NCBI GenBank assembly: GCA_009919005.1
Contig: RGCW01000003.1
Span: 1-52,334 of the forward strand
Length of the DNA stretch: 52,334 bases
Direction: 5' to 3'
Source: Candidatus Aquidulcis sp.
Lineage (GTDB): Bacteria; Chloroflexota; Limnocylindria; Limnocylindrales; Limnocylindraceae
Below, one piece after another: positions 18,874-27,935 of this stretch (its first letter is position 1; each line of letters begins with the position of its first letter). The translations under genes and the position numbers were made by a program. The notes beneath the pieces were generated by a model. It saw nothing but the letters and a program-made list of their open reading frames with translations, made no database searches and was not told the origin of the DNA.

Positions 18874-20310
18874 ATGGAGCCACAGAAGATCCTTGTCGCA
18901 GGCGCATGGGAGAGCTCGCCCAACGCCGTTGACATCCGCTCGCCGTACGACGGCCATCTCGTCGGAACCACCTACCTCGCGACGCCCGAGCAGGTTGAGC
19001 GTGCCGCCGCGGCCAGCGTCTCTGGATTCACCGCGATGCGGGCACTCGGCGCCTGGGAGCGAGCCGCAATTCTGCGCACCACCGCCGCGAAGATCACGGA
19101 GCGGCGCGAAGAGTTGGCCAAGCTCCTCTCAGCGGAGGCGGGGAAGCCGATTCGAGACGCGCGCGCGGAAATTGATCGTGGTGCACTCACATTCCGTCTT
19201 GCTGGCGAAGAGGCGGAACGGATGATTGGGGAGACGATACCGCTCGATCTCGCGCCCGCGAGCAAGGGCCGGCTCGGTATCACCCGTCGTTTCCCCGTGG
19301 GTCCAGTACTCGGGATCAGTCCGTTCAACTTCCCGCTGAACCTTGCCGCCCACAAGGTTGCACCTGCAATCGCAGCGGGGTGCAGCATGGTGTTGAAGCC
19401 GCCGAGCGCCGATCCGCTCATCATGCTGAAGGTTGCGGAGATCCTCGTTGATGCTGGGCTACCGGCTGGCGGCCTCAGTGTGATCCCCACATCACGGCCT
19501 GACGCTGATCGCCTCATAGAAGACGAGCGCTTCAAGGTGCTCTCCTTTACCGGATCGCCCGCCGTCGGCTGGTCCCTCAAAGGCCGAGCCGGCAGGAAAC
19601 GTGTCCTCTTAGAGCTGGGAGGGAACGCCGCCTGCATCGTTGACGAAAGTGCAGATATTGGATGGGCGGTCAAACGTGCGCTCGTTGGGTCATTCGCCTA
19701 CGCCGGGCAGGTCTGTATCAGCGTGCAGCGCATCTATGTTCATGAAGCGATTGCCGACGAGTTTGAACAGAAGTTTGCAGCTGGAGTCGCACGACTCGTC
19801 CTTGGTGATCCAGCGAACGAAGCGACGGACCTTGGTCCTCTCATTGATGATGGTGCAGCCTCGCGCACAGCGACATGGATACGTGAGGCGACCGCCGACG
19901 GAGCCAGGATTATTGCAGGGGGCACGGCGGTAGACCCAAACAACCCGCGCCTCTTTTCGCCAACCATCTTGACCGACGTGCCGCGAAGTGCGCGCATCTG
20001 CAGTGAAGAGGCCTTCGCGCCAGTCGTAGTTCTCGAACGTTTCAAAGATTTCTCAACCGCCATTGCGGCCGTCAACGAGAGTCGGTTCGGGCTGCAGTGC
20101 GGCATCTTCTCCAACGATCTGGCGCACGTTCGTGCGGCCTTTGATCACCTAGAGGTTGGCGGAGTGATCGTGAATGATGTCCCTACCTATCGCATCGACC
20201 ATATGCCGTATGGGGGGGTCAAGGACTCGGGACTCGGCCGCGAAGGTGTGCGATGGTCAATCGATGAGATGACGGAGATCAAACTGCTGGTGCTCGCCGA
20301 CCCACAATAG
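18874..20310 (+). CDS. NAD(P)-dependent aldehyde dehydrogenase
   Basis: FNFPLNLAAHK, LELGGNA (catalytic Glu) and GQVCIS (catalytic Cys). Start moved to ATG 18874 (MEPQKILVAG); the track ORF from 18703 overlaps pheA. Confidence 0.88.
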   Translation: MEPQKILVAGAWESSPNAVDIRSPYDGHLVGTTYLATPEQVERAAAASVSGFTAMRALGAWERAAILRTTAAKITERREELAKLLSAEAGKPIRDARAEIDRGALTFRLAGEEAERMIGETIPLDLAPASKGRLGITRRFPVGPVLGISPFNFPLNLAAHKVAPAIAAGCSMVLKPPSADPLIMLKVAEILVDAGLPAGGLSVIPTSRPDADRLIEDERFKVLSFTGSPAVGWSLKGRAGRKRVLLELGGNAACIVDESADIGWAVKRALVGSFAYAGQVCISVQRIYVHEAIADEFEQKFAAGVARLVLGDPANEATDLGPLIDDGAASRTATWIREATADGARIIAGGTAVDPNNPRLFSPTILTDVPRSARICSEEAFAPVVVLERFKDFSTAIAAVNESRFGLQCGIFSNDLAHVRAAFDHLEVGGVIVNDVPTYRIDHMPYGGVKDSGLGREGVRWSIDEMTEIKLLVLADPQ

Positions 20311-20315
20311 CCACG

Positions 20316-22709
20316 TTACCCGCCGAGCTCATCGCCCCCTGGTGTTGAGATTCGCGCAAGGGCCTCTCGCACCGCTCGCCGCGCTCGCTTCGCTCGACGC
20401 CGCACGCGGTCCATCTCATGTTCGGCGAGTCGGATCAGGTCGCTATGTTCCCCTTCGACCTGAACCTCATGGTCGCGCAGGCTCTCGATGGGCTGCGGTT
20501 CCTCAGCGGCCTCGGAGGAGACAACGACCTGCGGCGGGGCGGCGCGCTCGGGGCGAAGTGGAGCAGCGGCTCGCCCGAGGAGCGCGGCGATCGCTCGCAC
20601 CGCCTCGGGTGGCGCAGGTGTCTCTTTCGTCAAAAGGCGCGGATCTGGCGTTGATCCTGCTGATTCGGACTTCGCTTCTGCCACGTCGCTCTTCTCCGAT
20701 GCTGCTATCCGCGGTTGTCGCCCTATTCTCGCCGAAAGGGGAGTAGTGGTGCTGCCGCCACGGCGTCGTCGGGCAAGCGTCGCGCTCGGATTGGGGAGCA
20801 GCTCACCGTTCGCCGCGTTTGCGAGATCGGCCCACGGCTCCTTCGCTGATGAGTGGTGTTGCGCGATTCCCCAGAAGACCACCCGACCATGCGGAGGCAA
20901 CCGCAGGGTCAGACCGTCGGTGAGAAGCGTTGAAGTCGTGAGCAGCAGGCTCCGGTTGGTAATCGCATCACGAAGTTCGGTGACATCACCCGCGGCGGCG
21001 GTGATGCCGAGTCGGTCGGCGATCGTGCTTGAGGGGAGCGGACTCGTCGGTCCGCTGGTCACCGAGGCGAAGGGAGCGGCCGCGGGAGATGCCTCTCTAA
21101 TTGTGACCTCGCCACCCTGGTCCGAGTCCAGTGCAACAACCAGCGTACGCGCAGCGCCAGCGGCGTTACTAAAGGCATAGGCGCTCTCACGCACCGTGGC
21201 CACCTCGCTAGTGGCGTCGTACCAACGGAAGTCGGTGACGCCTGCGAAGAGATGGCGTGCCCGAAGCAGCGGGGCGATCTCGCGATCATACCGAGCCACA
21301 TGTTCAGCGTTGAGAGGGTCTGATGCGCGAGGCGACCGGTACTCCATGCCGTAGCGCTCACGTTGCCCCTCCCACTCTCCGTGGCCGAGCATCGGTACGC
21401 CTGGCAGTGTCGCCGCAAGGGTTGCAACCATCAGCGCACGCTCTCCAACACCGAAGCTTACCGCCGCCGGCTCCTCGTCGGGAGTGGTAAGGAAGTTCAC
21501 GTAGCGTCGCAACAATTCGGGGTCATACGCCGTCGTTTCCCGCAGGATCGTGCGATATTCGGAGTTCTTCCCGTCGCGGAGCATCGTCATAAATGCGGAG
21601 TTATAGACACGGTGCAGGCCAAGGCCGCGTACAAAATAACCCTCGAGCAGCCAGAAGGCTTCGGCGAGAAGCATCGTCTCTGGTGCCTCGCGCTCGACGC
21701 GCTCAACGACCTCCCGCCAAAACTCCCGCGGTAAGCGTCGTGCAAACTCGCGATCACTGAGCGCGAATTCGTCGCGAGAGGGGATCGCCGCAGCGCTGCC
21801 CGTTGGCGGATACCAGAGGCGACGTACATGTTGCGCCGCAAGCGTCATGGCTGCGTCAAAGCGGATGATGTCAGCGCGGCGAGCGACCGAGAGAATCTCT
21901 TGAATAACAGCCTCGCGGGCGGTTGGATTCAGATAGTCGATCTGCGCTGTGTCTTTCCACGGCATGTTCGTTCCATCATTTCCGTGGTAGATGTACACCG
22001 TTTCATTCGGCGTTTGTCGCTTGAAGGCGACAGCGGCATCATCACCCCGCTCGTAGCCGTCCTCGATTTGGATCGTGAGCTCCGATTGTGACGCGAGGTT
22101 CTCACCGGTGTACCGATAGTTGGGAAATGGTGGGTGATCGGATTGGAGCAGGAGTTCTGGTTGTTCGCTCACCCACCGACCGTCGATGGCGACATGATTG
22201 GGCACCATGTCCGCCACGATGCGAATTCCCGCGGCGCCGGCTCGTGCGCGGAGTGTGGCGAGAGCCGCATCGCCGCCGAGACCCTCGTCAACCACATACT
22301 CCGCTATGGCGTAGGCGGATCCCTCGGCGTCAAGATCACCGGCGCGTACCTTCATCGTGCGTGAAGCCGAACTCCGACGCCAGATGCCGATGGGCCAGAG
22401 GGCGTTGACGCCCCGCTGCGCCAGGAGCCGAAGCTCTTCGTCGGGGATTTCGTCTAGGCGGCGGATGGTGGTGCCGTAGCGCTGCGAGAGTTGGGCGAGC
22501 CATACGAGGAGATGTTTTGCCTGAATGACCACCTCGCCCATCCACTGCGCGTCGCTGCCGTAGCGTGGCGCCTCGGGCGTGCCGAGGGCGGGCTCCTCAC
22601 CGCGAATCACTGCTGCACCGTCGGTTGCCTTCTCGTCATTTGTTGAGGATAGGGGTGCGACGTGGGTGATAGGCTGCACCGATGCCGATTGAGACCGTTG
22701 CGCGCTCAC
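20316..22709 (-). CDS. alpha-amylase-family (GH13-like) glycoside hydrolase with a long low-complexity C-terminal tail
   Basis: MVPNH, IRFDAAM (nucleophile Asp), LLAEAFW (Glu) and NFLTTPDE. Start is uncertain: GTG 22709 would overlap the divergent gene, and ATG 22541 is an alternative. Confidence 0.65.
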   Translation of the reverse strand: MSAQRSQSASVQPITHVAPLSSTNDEKATDGAAVIRGEEPALGTPEAPRYGSDAQWMGEVVIQAKHLLVWLAQLSQRYGTTIRRLDEIPDEELRLLAQRGVNALWPIGIWRRSSASRTMKVRAGDLDAEGSAYAIAEYVVDEGLGGDAALATLRARAGAAGIRIVADMVPNHVAIDGRWVSEQPELLLQSDHPPFPNYRYTGENLASQSELTIQIEDGYERGDDAAVAFKRQTPNETVYIYHGNDGTNMPWKDTAQIDYLNPTAREAVIQEILSVARRADIIRFDAAMTLAAQHVRRLWYPPTGSAAAIPSRDEFALSDREFARRLPREFWREVVERVEREAPETMLLAEAFWLLEGYFVRGLGLHRVYNSAFMTMLRDGKNSEYRTILRETTAYDPELLRRYVNFLTTPDEEPAAVSFGVGERALMVATLAATLPGVPMLGHGEWEGQRERYGMEYRSPRASDPLNAEHVARYDREIAPLLRARHLFAGVTDFRWYDATSEVATVRESAYAFSNAAGAARTLVVALDSDQGGEVTIREASPAAAPFASVTSGPTSPLPSSTIADRLGITAAAGDVTELRDAITNRSLLLTTSTLLTDGLTLRLPPHGRVVFWGIAQHHSSAKEPWADLANAANGELLPNPSATLARRRRGGSTTTPLSARIGRQPRIAASEKSDVAEAKSESAGSTPDPRLLTKETPAPPEAVRAIAALLGRAAAPLRPERAAPPQVVVSSEAAEEPQPIESLRDHEVQVEGEHSDLIRLAEHEMDRVRRRAKRARRAVREALARISTPGGDELGG
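22670..22675 (+). promoter_or_regulatory. -10 box TAGGCT, 6 nt upstream of ATG 22682 (leaderless geometry)
   Basis: TANNNT-N6-ATG; same hexamer as the ilv leader and esterase promoters. Confidence 0.45.
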
Positions 22710-23497
22710 TCTCGTTCATTAATTGGGTGGTGGTGAGCGGCCTCGCCGCGGGAAGCCTAGCTGCGATCCTCCTGCTGACGCACCGCTCGGAGTCGACCCG
22801 TGGCTATCGCGGGTTTACGGTCTTTGCCGCTGGTGGCTGGGCATTCCTCGCTTGGCTCGCCGATGGAGCGCTCCCGATCCCGTCTGCAGATGCACCGATC
22901 GTCGCCGCTTCCCCAGAGATCGACGCGCTGCGACGCCTCCTTCTCGTCGGGGTTGCCTGCCTTGCGACACTCTGGACGCTCCAGATCGCCCGCGGGGGAG
23001 ATGGGCGTTTGGTTGGACTTGTCACTGTAAGCACGGCGATCTCAGCACTCATCGTTGCCGCGTTTGGTTGGTCACCTACGCCACTCCGTGCGGTTGCACT
23101 CGCCCTGCAGCTCCTCCTCCTCGCGGCCGTTACGGGTGGCTCATTTGCAGCGATGGTGCTCGCTCACTGGTACCTCGTCACGCCGAAGCTTCCAGAGGCG
23201 CCCCTCCTGCTGCTTAGCCGCACCGTGGGGACGGGCATCGCGGTGCAGCTGCTCCTCTTCCTTCTCTGGCAGATTGCAGGACTTGGTGGAATTGGTGCCG
23301 GGTGGGACTTCTTCGCGATCTTGCGACTCGTCATTGGGCTGATCTTCCCCGCGCTGCTCAGTTACGCCGGCTGGCGCACCGCGAAGGCGCGCTCTATGGA
23401 GTCGGCAACCGGACTTCTCTACATCGGACTCGGAGCGGTCACGACGGGAACGATCCTTGCGGCAGGGCTCTTCTTTGGCGCTGGGATCTTGGTTTAG
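22682..23497 (+). CDS. polytopic membrane protein (about 8 TM), unknown function
   Basis: Hydrophobic throughout, with a conserved-looking AHWYLVTPKLPE segment. Lies between two alpha-glucan enzymes. Confidence 0.6.
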   Translation: MPIETVARSLSFINWVVVSGLAAGSLAAILLLTHRSESTRGYRGFTVFAAGGWAFLAWLADGALPIPSADAPIVAASPEIDALRRLLLVGVACLATLWTLQIARGGDGRLVGLVTVSTAISALIVAAFGWSPTPLRAVALALQLLLLAAVTGGSFAAMVLAHWYLVTPKLPEAPLLLLSRTVGTGIAVQLLLFLLWQIAGLGGIGAGWDFFAILRLVIGLIFPALLSYAGWRTAKARSMESATGLLYIGLGAVTTGTILAAGLFFGAGILV

Positions 23498-25641
23498 CCT
23501 GCTCGCTGCGGCAGCTCGGCCAGAAGCGACGCGACACGACGCTCGACGCGCAGTAGTTCACTGACGCTCCACGCCTGAGCGAAGCAGGCGACAGGCGTGT
23601 AGGGTGCGTCGCCCGTTGCGTTTTCTGAGATCGTCCCGAGCCCCGCCTCGTAAAGGTGTGCGCGATACGGCAGCAAGGCGCTGGTCACAATCTTGAGTGC
23701 GGCCGCTCGTCCCGCTGGGTTCGTCAGGTCGTGTACAGCGAAAGCGCTGTCGGCCCACGGTCCAATCAACCAGAGCCAGCCAAGACCCTGGTGATAGGCA
23801 CCATCGCGTGATCGACGGTCGCCATCGTAGTCACCTCGATACGCTGGATGACTTGGAGCGAGTGAGCGAATGCCGATCGGAGCGCGCAGCTGTTCGTCCG
23901 CGGCGGTGAAGGCGCGCAGAGCAACCTCGTTGGGGATGAGATCGCCGCCTAGACCGAGGGCGATGAAGAGATTGGGTCGAAGCGAGAGGTCATCGCCATC
24001 GGGGCCATCAACGACATCGGCGAGCCATGGCACCTCGGTGCGAATGAAGCGTGAACGGAAGCTGTGACGAACCTGGTCCGCAAACGACTCAAGTTCTGCC
24101 GCCGTGCGCTCAGCATCGGGAACCCCTGAGCCGATGCGTGGATCGCGTAGCCAGGAACTAACGCTGCGTAGGGCGCGATACCAGAGCGCCGAGATCTCGA
24201 TGGGCTTGCCGCTGCGAGGTGTCACAACCCAGTCGTCCAACTTGGCATCCATCCACGTCAGCTGACGACCCTCAGCTGATCCGACAATAAGACCATCACG
24301 GTCGGCGCCGATGCCAAAATCGGTGCCGGTGCGGTATGCGGAGATGGTTGAGAGCATCGTCGGCAGTAGTTCGGCGCCGAGCGCAACATCCTCGGTTGCC
24401 GCTACATGCGCTCGTGCCGCCTCGATGTACCAGAGTGGCGCATCAATCGTGTGGTACTCGGGCATCTCATCAACGTGATCAGGAAAGTTGTTCGGCAGCA
24501 ACCCTCGGCGCACCCAGGGGGCAAAGGAGCGCAGGACCGTTGCGCCGATCTCTGGTCGCCCCGTGGCGAGGGTCAAGCCACGGAGTGCTATCGCCGTATC
24601 TCGACCCCAGTCGTTAAACCAGGGATAGCCAGCGATCACTGACCAGCCGATCGGCGCGGAAGGGTCGGCGGGGCCAGGAAGCGCGGGGATGCGCCGTCGC
24701 ACGAGAAAGTCGTCGGCAGCGAGGACGAGTGCGCGTAGGTCACTGCGTGCGGAAACGGCGGCATCCGCGCCGTCCCCCACAGATTGTGCGCGTGCGAGGA
24801 GCCCCTCGTCGTGGGCCTGGCACTCCGCACGAAGTTTCGCGCCGCCATCGCGTGCCAGCATCGCGAGCAGCTCTGACGCTGGTCGCCCAATGCCGCCGCC
24901 CTCCGTTGCCATCAGGAGGTGAGCCGATTCACCCGGCTCAAGGTGCACGCTCCAGCGAACGGGGATGGCGTAGTCGGATCGGTCGGCCTCAACGCGGGCG
25001 GCGTCGTGCCGATGGAAGAGGCCGCGAATCACACCGAAGTCGGCGCTGAGTTCACCGCGATCACATCCCACCTCGACAACCGGCCACGCCGCACTCATCT
25101 GCCACGAAGCACTGTGCCGGGACGGGTCGATGGCAACATTCGCACACGACAGGTCACCGATGCGGGCGTCATGGTGATCGTGCGCGGTTGCACTCAGCCG
25201 TAGCAGGAACTCAACGCCAACGTGTGCTGAGGTGTCAAGCGTGTATGAGAGCAGCACTGCATTGGCGCCGTGGATCGCCGACTGCGTCTCGATGAGCTGC
25301 GTGCCATGTAGATCCCAACGCCTACTCACCCCACCTACGCCGACCTGCACCTCCTCGAGTGGCGCTCCGAGCCGCGGTGAGAAGACGCCAGGCTCGATCT
25401 CAAAACTGAAGAGCGGCAGCCAGTCACCGCCAGCCCTCGCCCAGAGCATCGGAGGGCCGGCGAGTACGCTTCGCGCGACCGGCGGCTGAAGTGCGGCGAC
25501 AAGGAGGCCGTGATAGCGACGACCGGGCGCACCGATTGGAGAGAGGGCGGTATAGCCCCCGAGTCCGTTGCCGATGAGGATTTCGCGATCCTGCGCACGA
25601 TCTAGATCGGCGAGATCTGCAGCGTTGAGGAGGGTGCTCAT
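23494..25641 (-). CDS. glycogen debranching enzyme (archaeal-type N-terminal domain + amylo-alpha-1,6-glucosidase GDE_C)
   Basis: GNGLGGYT...RRYHGLLVAA and GYPWFNDWGRDTAIAL motifs; 715 aa. Confidence 0.8.
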   Translation of the reverse strand: MSTLLNAADLADLDRAQDREILIGNGLGGYTALSPIGAPGRRYHGLLVAALQPPVARSVLAGPPMLWARAGGDWLPLFSFEIEPGVFSPRLGAPLEEVQVGVGGVSRRWDLHGTQLIETQSAIHGANAVLLSYTLDTSAHVGVEFLLRLSATAHDHHDARIGDLSCANVAIDPSRHSASWQMSAAWPVVEVGCDRGELSADFGVIRGLFHRHDAARVEADRSDYAIPVRWSVHLEPGESAHLLMATEGGGIGRPASELLAMLARDGGAKLRAECQAHDEGLLARAQSVGDGADAAVSARSDLRALVLAADDFLVRRRIPALPGPADPSAPIGWSVIAGYPWFNDWGRDTAIALRGLTLATGRPEIGATVLRSFAPWVRRGLLPNNFPDHVDEMPEYHTIDAPLWYIEAARAHVAATEDVALGAELLPTMLSTISAYRTGTDFGIGADRDGLIVGSAEGRQLTWMDAKLDDWVVTPRSGKPIEISALWYRALRSVSSWLRDPRIGSGVPDAERTAAELESFADQVRHSFRSRFIRTEVPWLADVVDGPDGDDLSLRPNLFIALGLGGDLIPNEVALRAFTAADEQLRAPIGIRSLAPSHPAYRGDYDGDRRSRDGAYHQGLGWLWLIGPWADSAFAVHDLTNPAGRAAALKIVTSALLPYRAHLYEAGLGTISENATGDAPYTPVACFAQAWSVSELLRVERRVASLLAELPQRAG

Positions 25642-25662
25642 GGCGCTCGCGCGCTCCCGAGG

Positions 25663-26133
25663 CTAGGCGATCTTCTTGATGGTGTAGTTGATCACGTTGC
25701 CATTTGGCAGCGTCACGACCACCTTGTCTCCAACCTTGCGACCGATCAGCGCTTTGCCGAGTGGACTCTCATTGGAGATCTTTGGCGGCTCGCCGCTCGG
25801 ATCAGCCTCTGTCGACCCAACGATGAGATAGTCGTGACTCTTGCGCTCCGCAGTCACGGTAACGGTCGAGCCGAGGGCGACTTCGTCGGTGCTGGCACTC
25901 TCGTCAATGATCTCGGCATTGCGCAGCTTCTCTTCAATCTCCAGGATCTTCCCTTCAATGAAGGACTGCTCATTTCGGGCAATCTCGTAGTCGGCGTTCT
26001 CCCGCAGGTCTCCGAGCTCCTTGGCCGCCTTGATGCGGGCGATGACCGCTGGGCGCTGTGAATGGATCAGGTCGTGCAGCTCGGCCTCGAGCGCAGCCTT
26101 CCCAGATTCCGTGAGGTAGACAGGTCCAACCAT
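25663..26133 (-). CDS. greA: transcription elongation factor GreA
   Basis: LTESGKAALEAEL and RENADYEIARNEQSFIEGKI coiled coil, plus the C-terminal FKBP-like domain; 156 aa. Confidence 0.93.
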   Translation of the reverse strand: MVGPVYLTESGKAALEAELHDLIHSQRPAVIARIKAAKELGDLRENADYEIARNEQSFIEGKILEIEEKLRNAEIIDESASTDEVALGSTVTVTAERKSHDYLIVGSTEADPSGEPPKISNESPLGKALIGRKVGDKVVVTLPNGNVINYTIKKIA

Positions 26134-26140
26134 GCGGGGG

Positions 26141-26146
26141 AGTCTA
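26141..26146 (-). promoter_or_regulatory. -10 box TAGACT, 7 nt upstream of greA ATG 26133
   Basis: revcomp of agtcta; overlaps the stop of the upstream membrane gene. Confidence 0.4.
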
Positions 26147-26536
26147 GCCGTTCGCCGCCCCCGTGGCGCCCCCTTGTCGAATCGCGAGGGCCAGGAGCGT
26201 GCTGAGCCCGAGCATGGCGATCTGTGGCGTAAGAGGGCCCCCAGCCAGGATTAGGAGTACGGAGAGCCCGACGCTCACAAGCACCTGCGCCCGGGGAGGG
26301 CGGTTGCCAGTGGCGGAGCGCAGGGCGAGCAAGCCGAGTGCCAACAGATCTAGCGCTCCTATGGCGATCGTTGCGAAGGAAGCGTAGGCAACGAGGCGGT
26401 CGTAGCCCCCCTCTCCTGGCAGCGCGCCGCCCAGGAGCCCATAGGTGAGCGCCCCTGAGGCAATCAGCCCAACGCCGCGCACGAACTCAGCGCTTGCCAA
26501 CGCGGCGTAGGTGACCAGCACCGATCCCTTCAACAT
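26144..26536 (-). CDS. small 4-TM membrane protein adjacent to greA
   Basis: Start moved to ATG 26536 (MLKGSVLVTYAAL), which is 7 nt below TACGCT. The track ORF to 26584 would overlap the divergent gene. Confidence 0.55.
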   Translation of the reverse strand: MLKGSVLVTYAALASAEFVRGVGLIASGALTYGLLGGALPGEGGYDRLVAYASFATIAIGALDLLALGLLALRSATGNRPPRAQVLVSVGLSVLLILAGGPLTPQIAMLGLSTLLALAIRQGGATGAANG

Positions 26537-26543
26537 GCAAAGG

Positions 26544-26549
26544 AGCGTA
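26544..26549 (-). promoter_or_regulatory. -10 box TACGCT, 7 nt upstream of ATG 26536
   Basis: revcomp of agcgta. Confidence 0.4.
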
Positions 26550-26581
26550 GCGCGAACGCGGCAGGGGTGGCGGTAAGGGCG

Positions 26582-26587
26582 CATACT
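26582..26587 (+). promoter_or_regulatory. -10-like CATACT, 6 nt upstream of ATG 26594
   Basis: A2/T6 conserved with N6 spacing. Confidence 0.3.
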
Positions 26588-26593
26588 CTCCTC

Positions 26594-27676
26594 ATGAGCA
26601 GTTCTGCACGAAGTACCGCAATCCGATCGACGTTGAAGCTTGATGTTGTCATCGCCTCGCTGTTGCTGAATGCGGGAACTCTCCTCGCACTCGTTACGTG
26701 GGTGACAGCTGACCGACCTGATTTTTTCTCTGGGATCAGTAACGACCAGGTGCGCGCCACAGCGTCTATCTTGGCTATTGGCGTTCCAATCTCAATCGTC
26801 GCTGCAGGTGCCAGTCGACTGAGTGCGCGTCTCTCGGTGGATCTCGGCACCGGAACGCTCCTTGCACTGCTCGCGGCGCTTAGTGCACTCTTCACCGCTG
26901 CGGCGGTCTTCTACGCCGTGCTGCCGTGGGACTCCTTCACTGTGATGCGGTTGCTCCGTGCACTAACGAACGGCGTCACCATCTTCCTCATAGCCCGAGT
27001 CCTGGTACGACGCGCACGAAAACTCCCCGATTGGATCAGCATTACCGGAACGATCTTCGCTGTAGGTCTCCTGCCGCTCGGGCTACTCACGATTGCCGTG
27101 GATGCCTTCACGTCCTTCGACTTGCCAGTTGGCAACCTCCCACTTCCCGTGGGGAATCACACAGACGCGCTGCTCACGGCGATCTATCTGGCAGCACTGC
27201 TGCCCGTGCTCTTCTTTGGGCGGGCGCTCCTCCGGGCTGAATCTGAACGGTACCGTCCGATCGAACGCCGCTTCGTTGAGTTCTTCGCAGCGTTTGGTGT
27301 CGGCTCACTCGCCGCAACCGTGGTGCCGCTTGCGACCACTCGACTCTACGACTCGCTGCAGACCTGCCCGAGTCCGGATGTCTACGACTATGTCTGCACC
27401 CGCCCACCAGGGGAGTGGATCGTGATTGGCATCCTGACCGGCCTCGCCGCCTGGCGCTTGATTCGCGGGGCAGAGCGTGCCAAGGAGCCCCTCCTCTGGG
27501 TCGGCGCGCTGCCGCCGGTGATCACGACCGCGATCGCCATCAACTGGTATCTCCCCAACGAGCTGGGTGGCCTTCCCGTCGCGGGAGCCCTGATCGCACT
27601 TGGCGGCCTGCTGCTCTTGCGACGCGCTACGATGACGCCAGCGCCGCCTTCGCGGCGCGCGGCACAGCGGAGGTGA
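26594..27676 (+). CDS. polytopic membrane protein (about 360 aa), unknown function
   Basis: Multiple hydrophobic helices and no motif I recognise. Start set at ATG 26594; the track ORF starts at 26567. Confidence 0.55.
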   Translation: MSSSARSTAIRSTLKLDVVIASLLLNAGTLLALVTWVTADRPDFFSGISNDQVRATASILAIGVPISIVAAGASRLSARLSVDLGTGTLLALLAALSALFTAAAVFYAVLPWDSFTVMRLLRALTNGVTIFLIARVLVRRARKLPDWISITGTIFAVGLLPLGLLTIAVDAFTSFDLPVGNLPLPVGNHTDALLTAIYLAALLPVLFFGRALLRAESERYRPIERRFVEFFAAFGVGSLAATVVPLATTRLYDSLQTCPSPDVYDYVCTRPPGEWIVIGILTGLAAWRLIRGAERAKEPLLWVGALPPVITTAIAINWYLPNELGGLPVAGALIALGGLLLLRRATMTPAPPSRRAAQRR

Positions 27677-27680
27677 CCCA

Positions 27681-27935
27681 ATGAGCGATGCGAAGAAGAT
27701 CACGGTCTATGGCGCGGATTGGTGCAGCGATTGCCGACGCTCCAAAGGCTACCTTGATGCTCATCACGTCCCCTACACCTACGTTGATGTTGACGCCGAC
27801 GCGGCTGCAAAAGAGATGATCGAGACGCTGACCGGCGCGAAGTCGATCCCAGTGATCATCTTTGAAGATGGCTCGTACCTCGTGGAGCCCTCCAATGAGG
27901 CGCTCGGCGCGAAGGCGGGCGTACCCCAGAGCTAA
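27681..27935 (+). CDS. glutaredoxin-like / mycoredoxin-like small thiol-disulfide protein
   Basis: 84 aa. KITVYGADWCSDC (CxxC) and the IPVIIFEDGS cis-Pro loop. SD GGAGGTGA lies 5 nt upstream. Confidence 0.65.
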   Translation: MSDAKKITVYGADWCSDCRRSKGYLDAHHVPYTYVDVDADAAAKEMIETLTGAKSIPVIIFEDGSYLVEPSNEALGAKAGVPQS

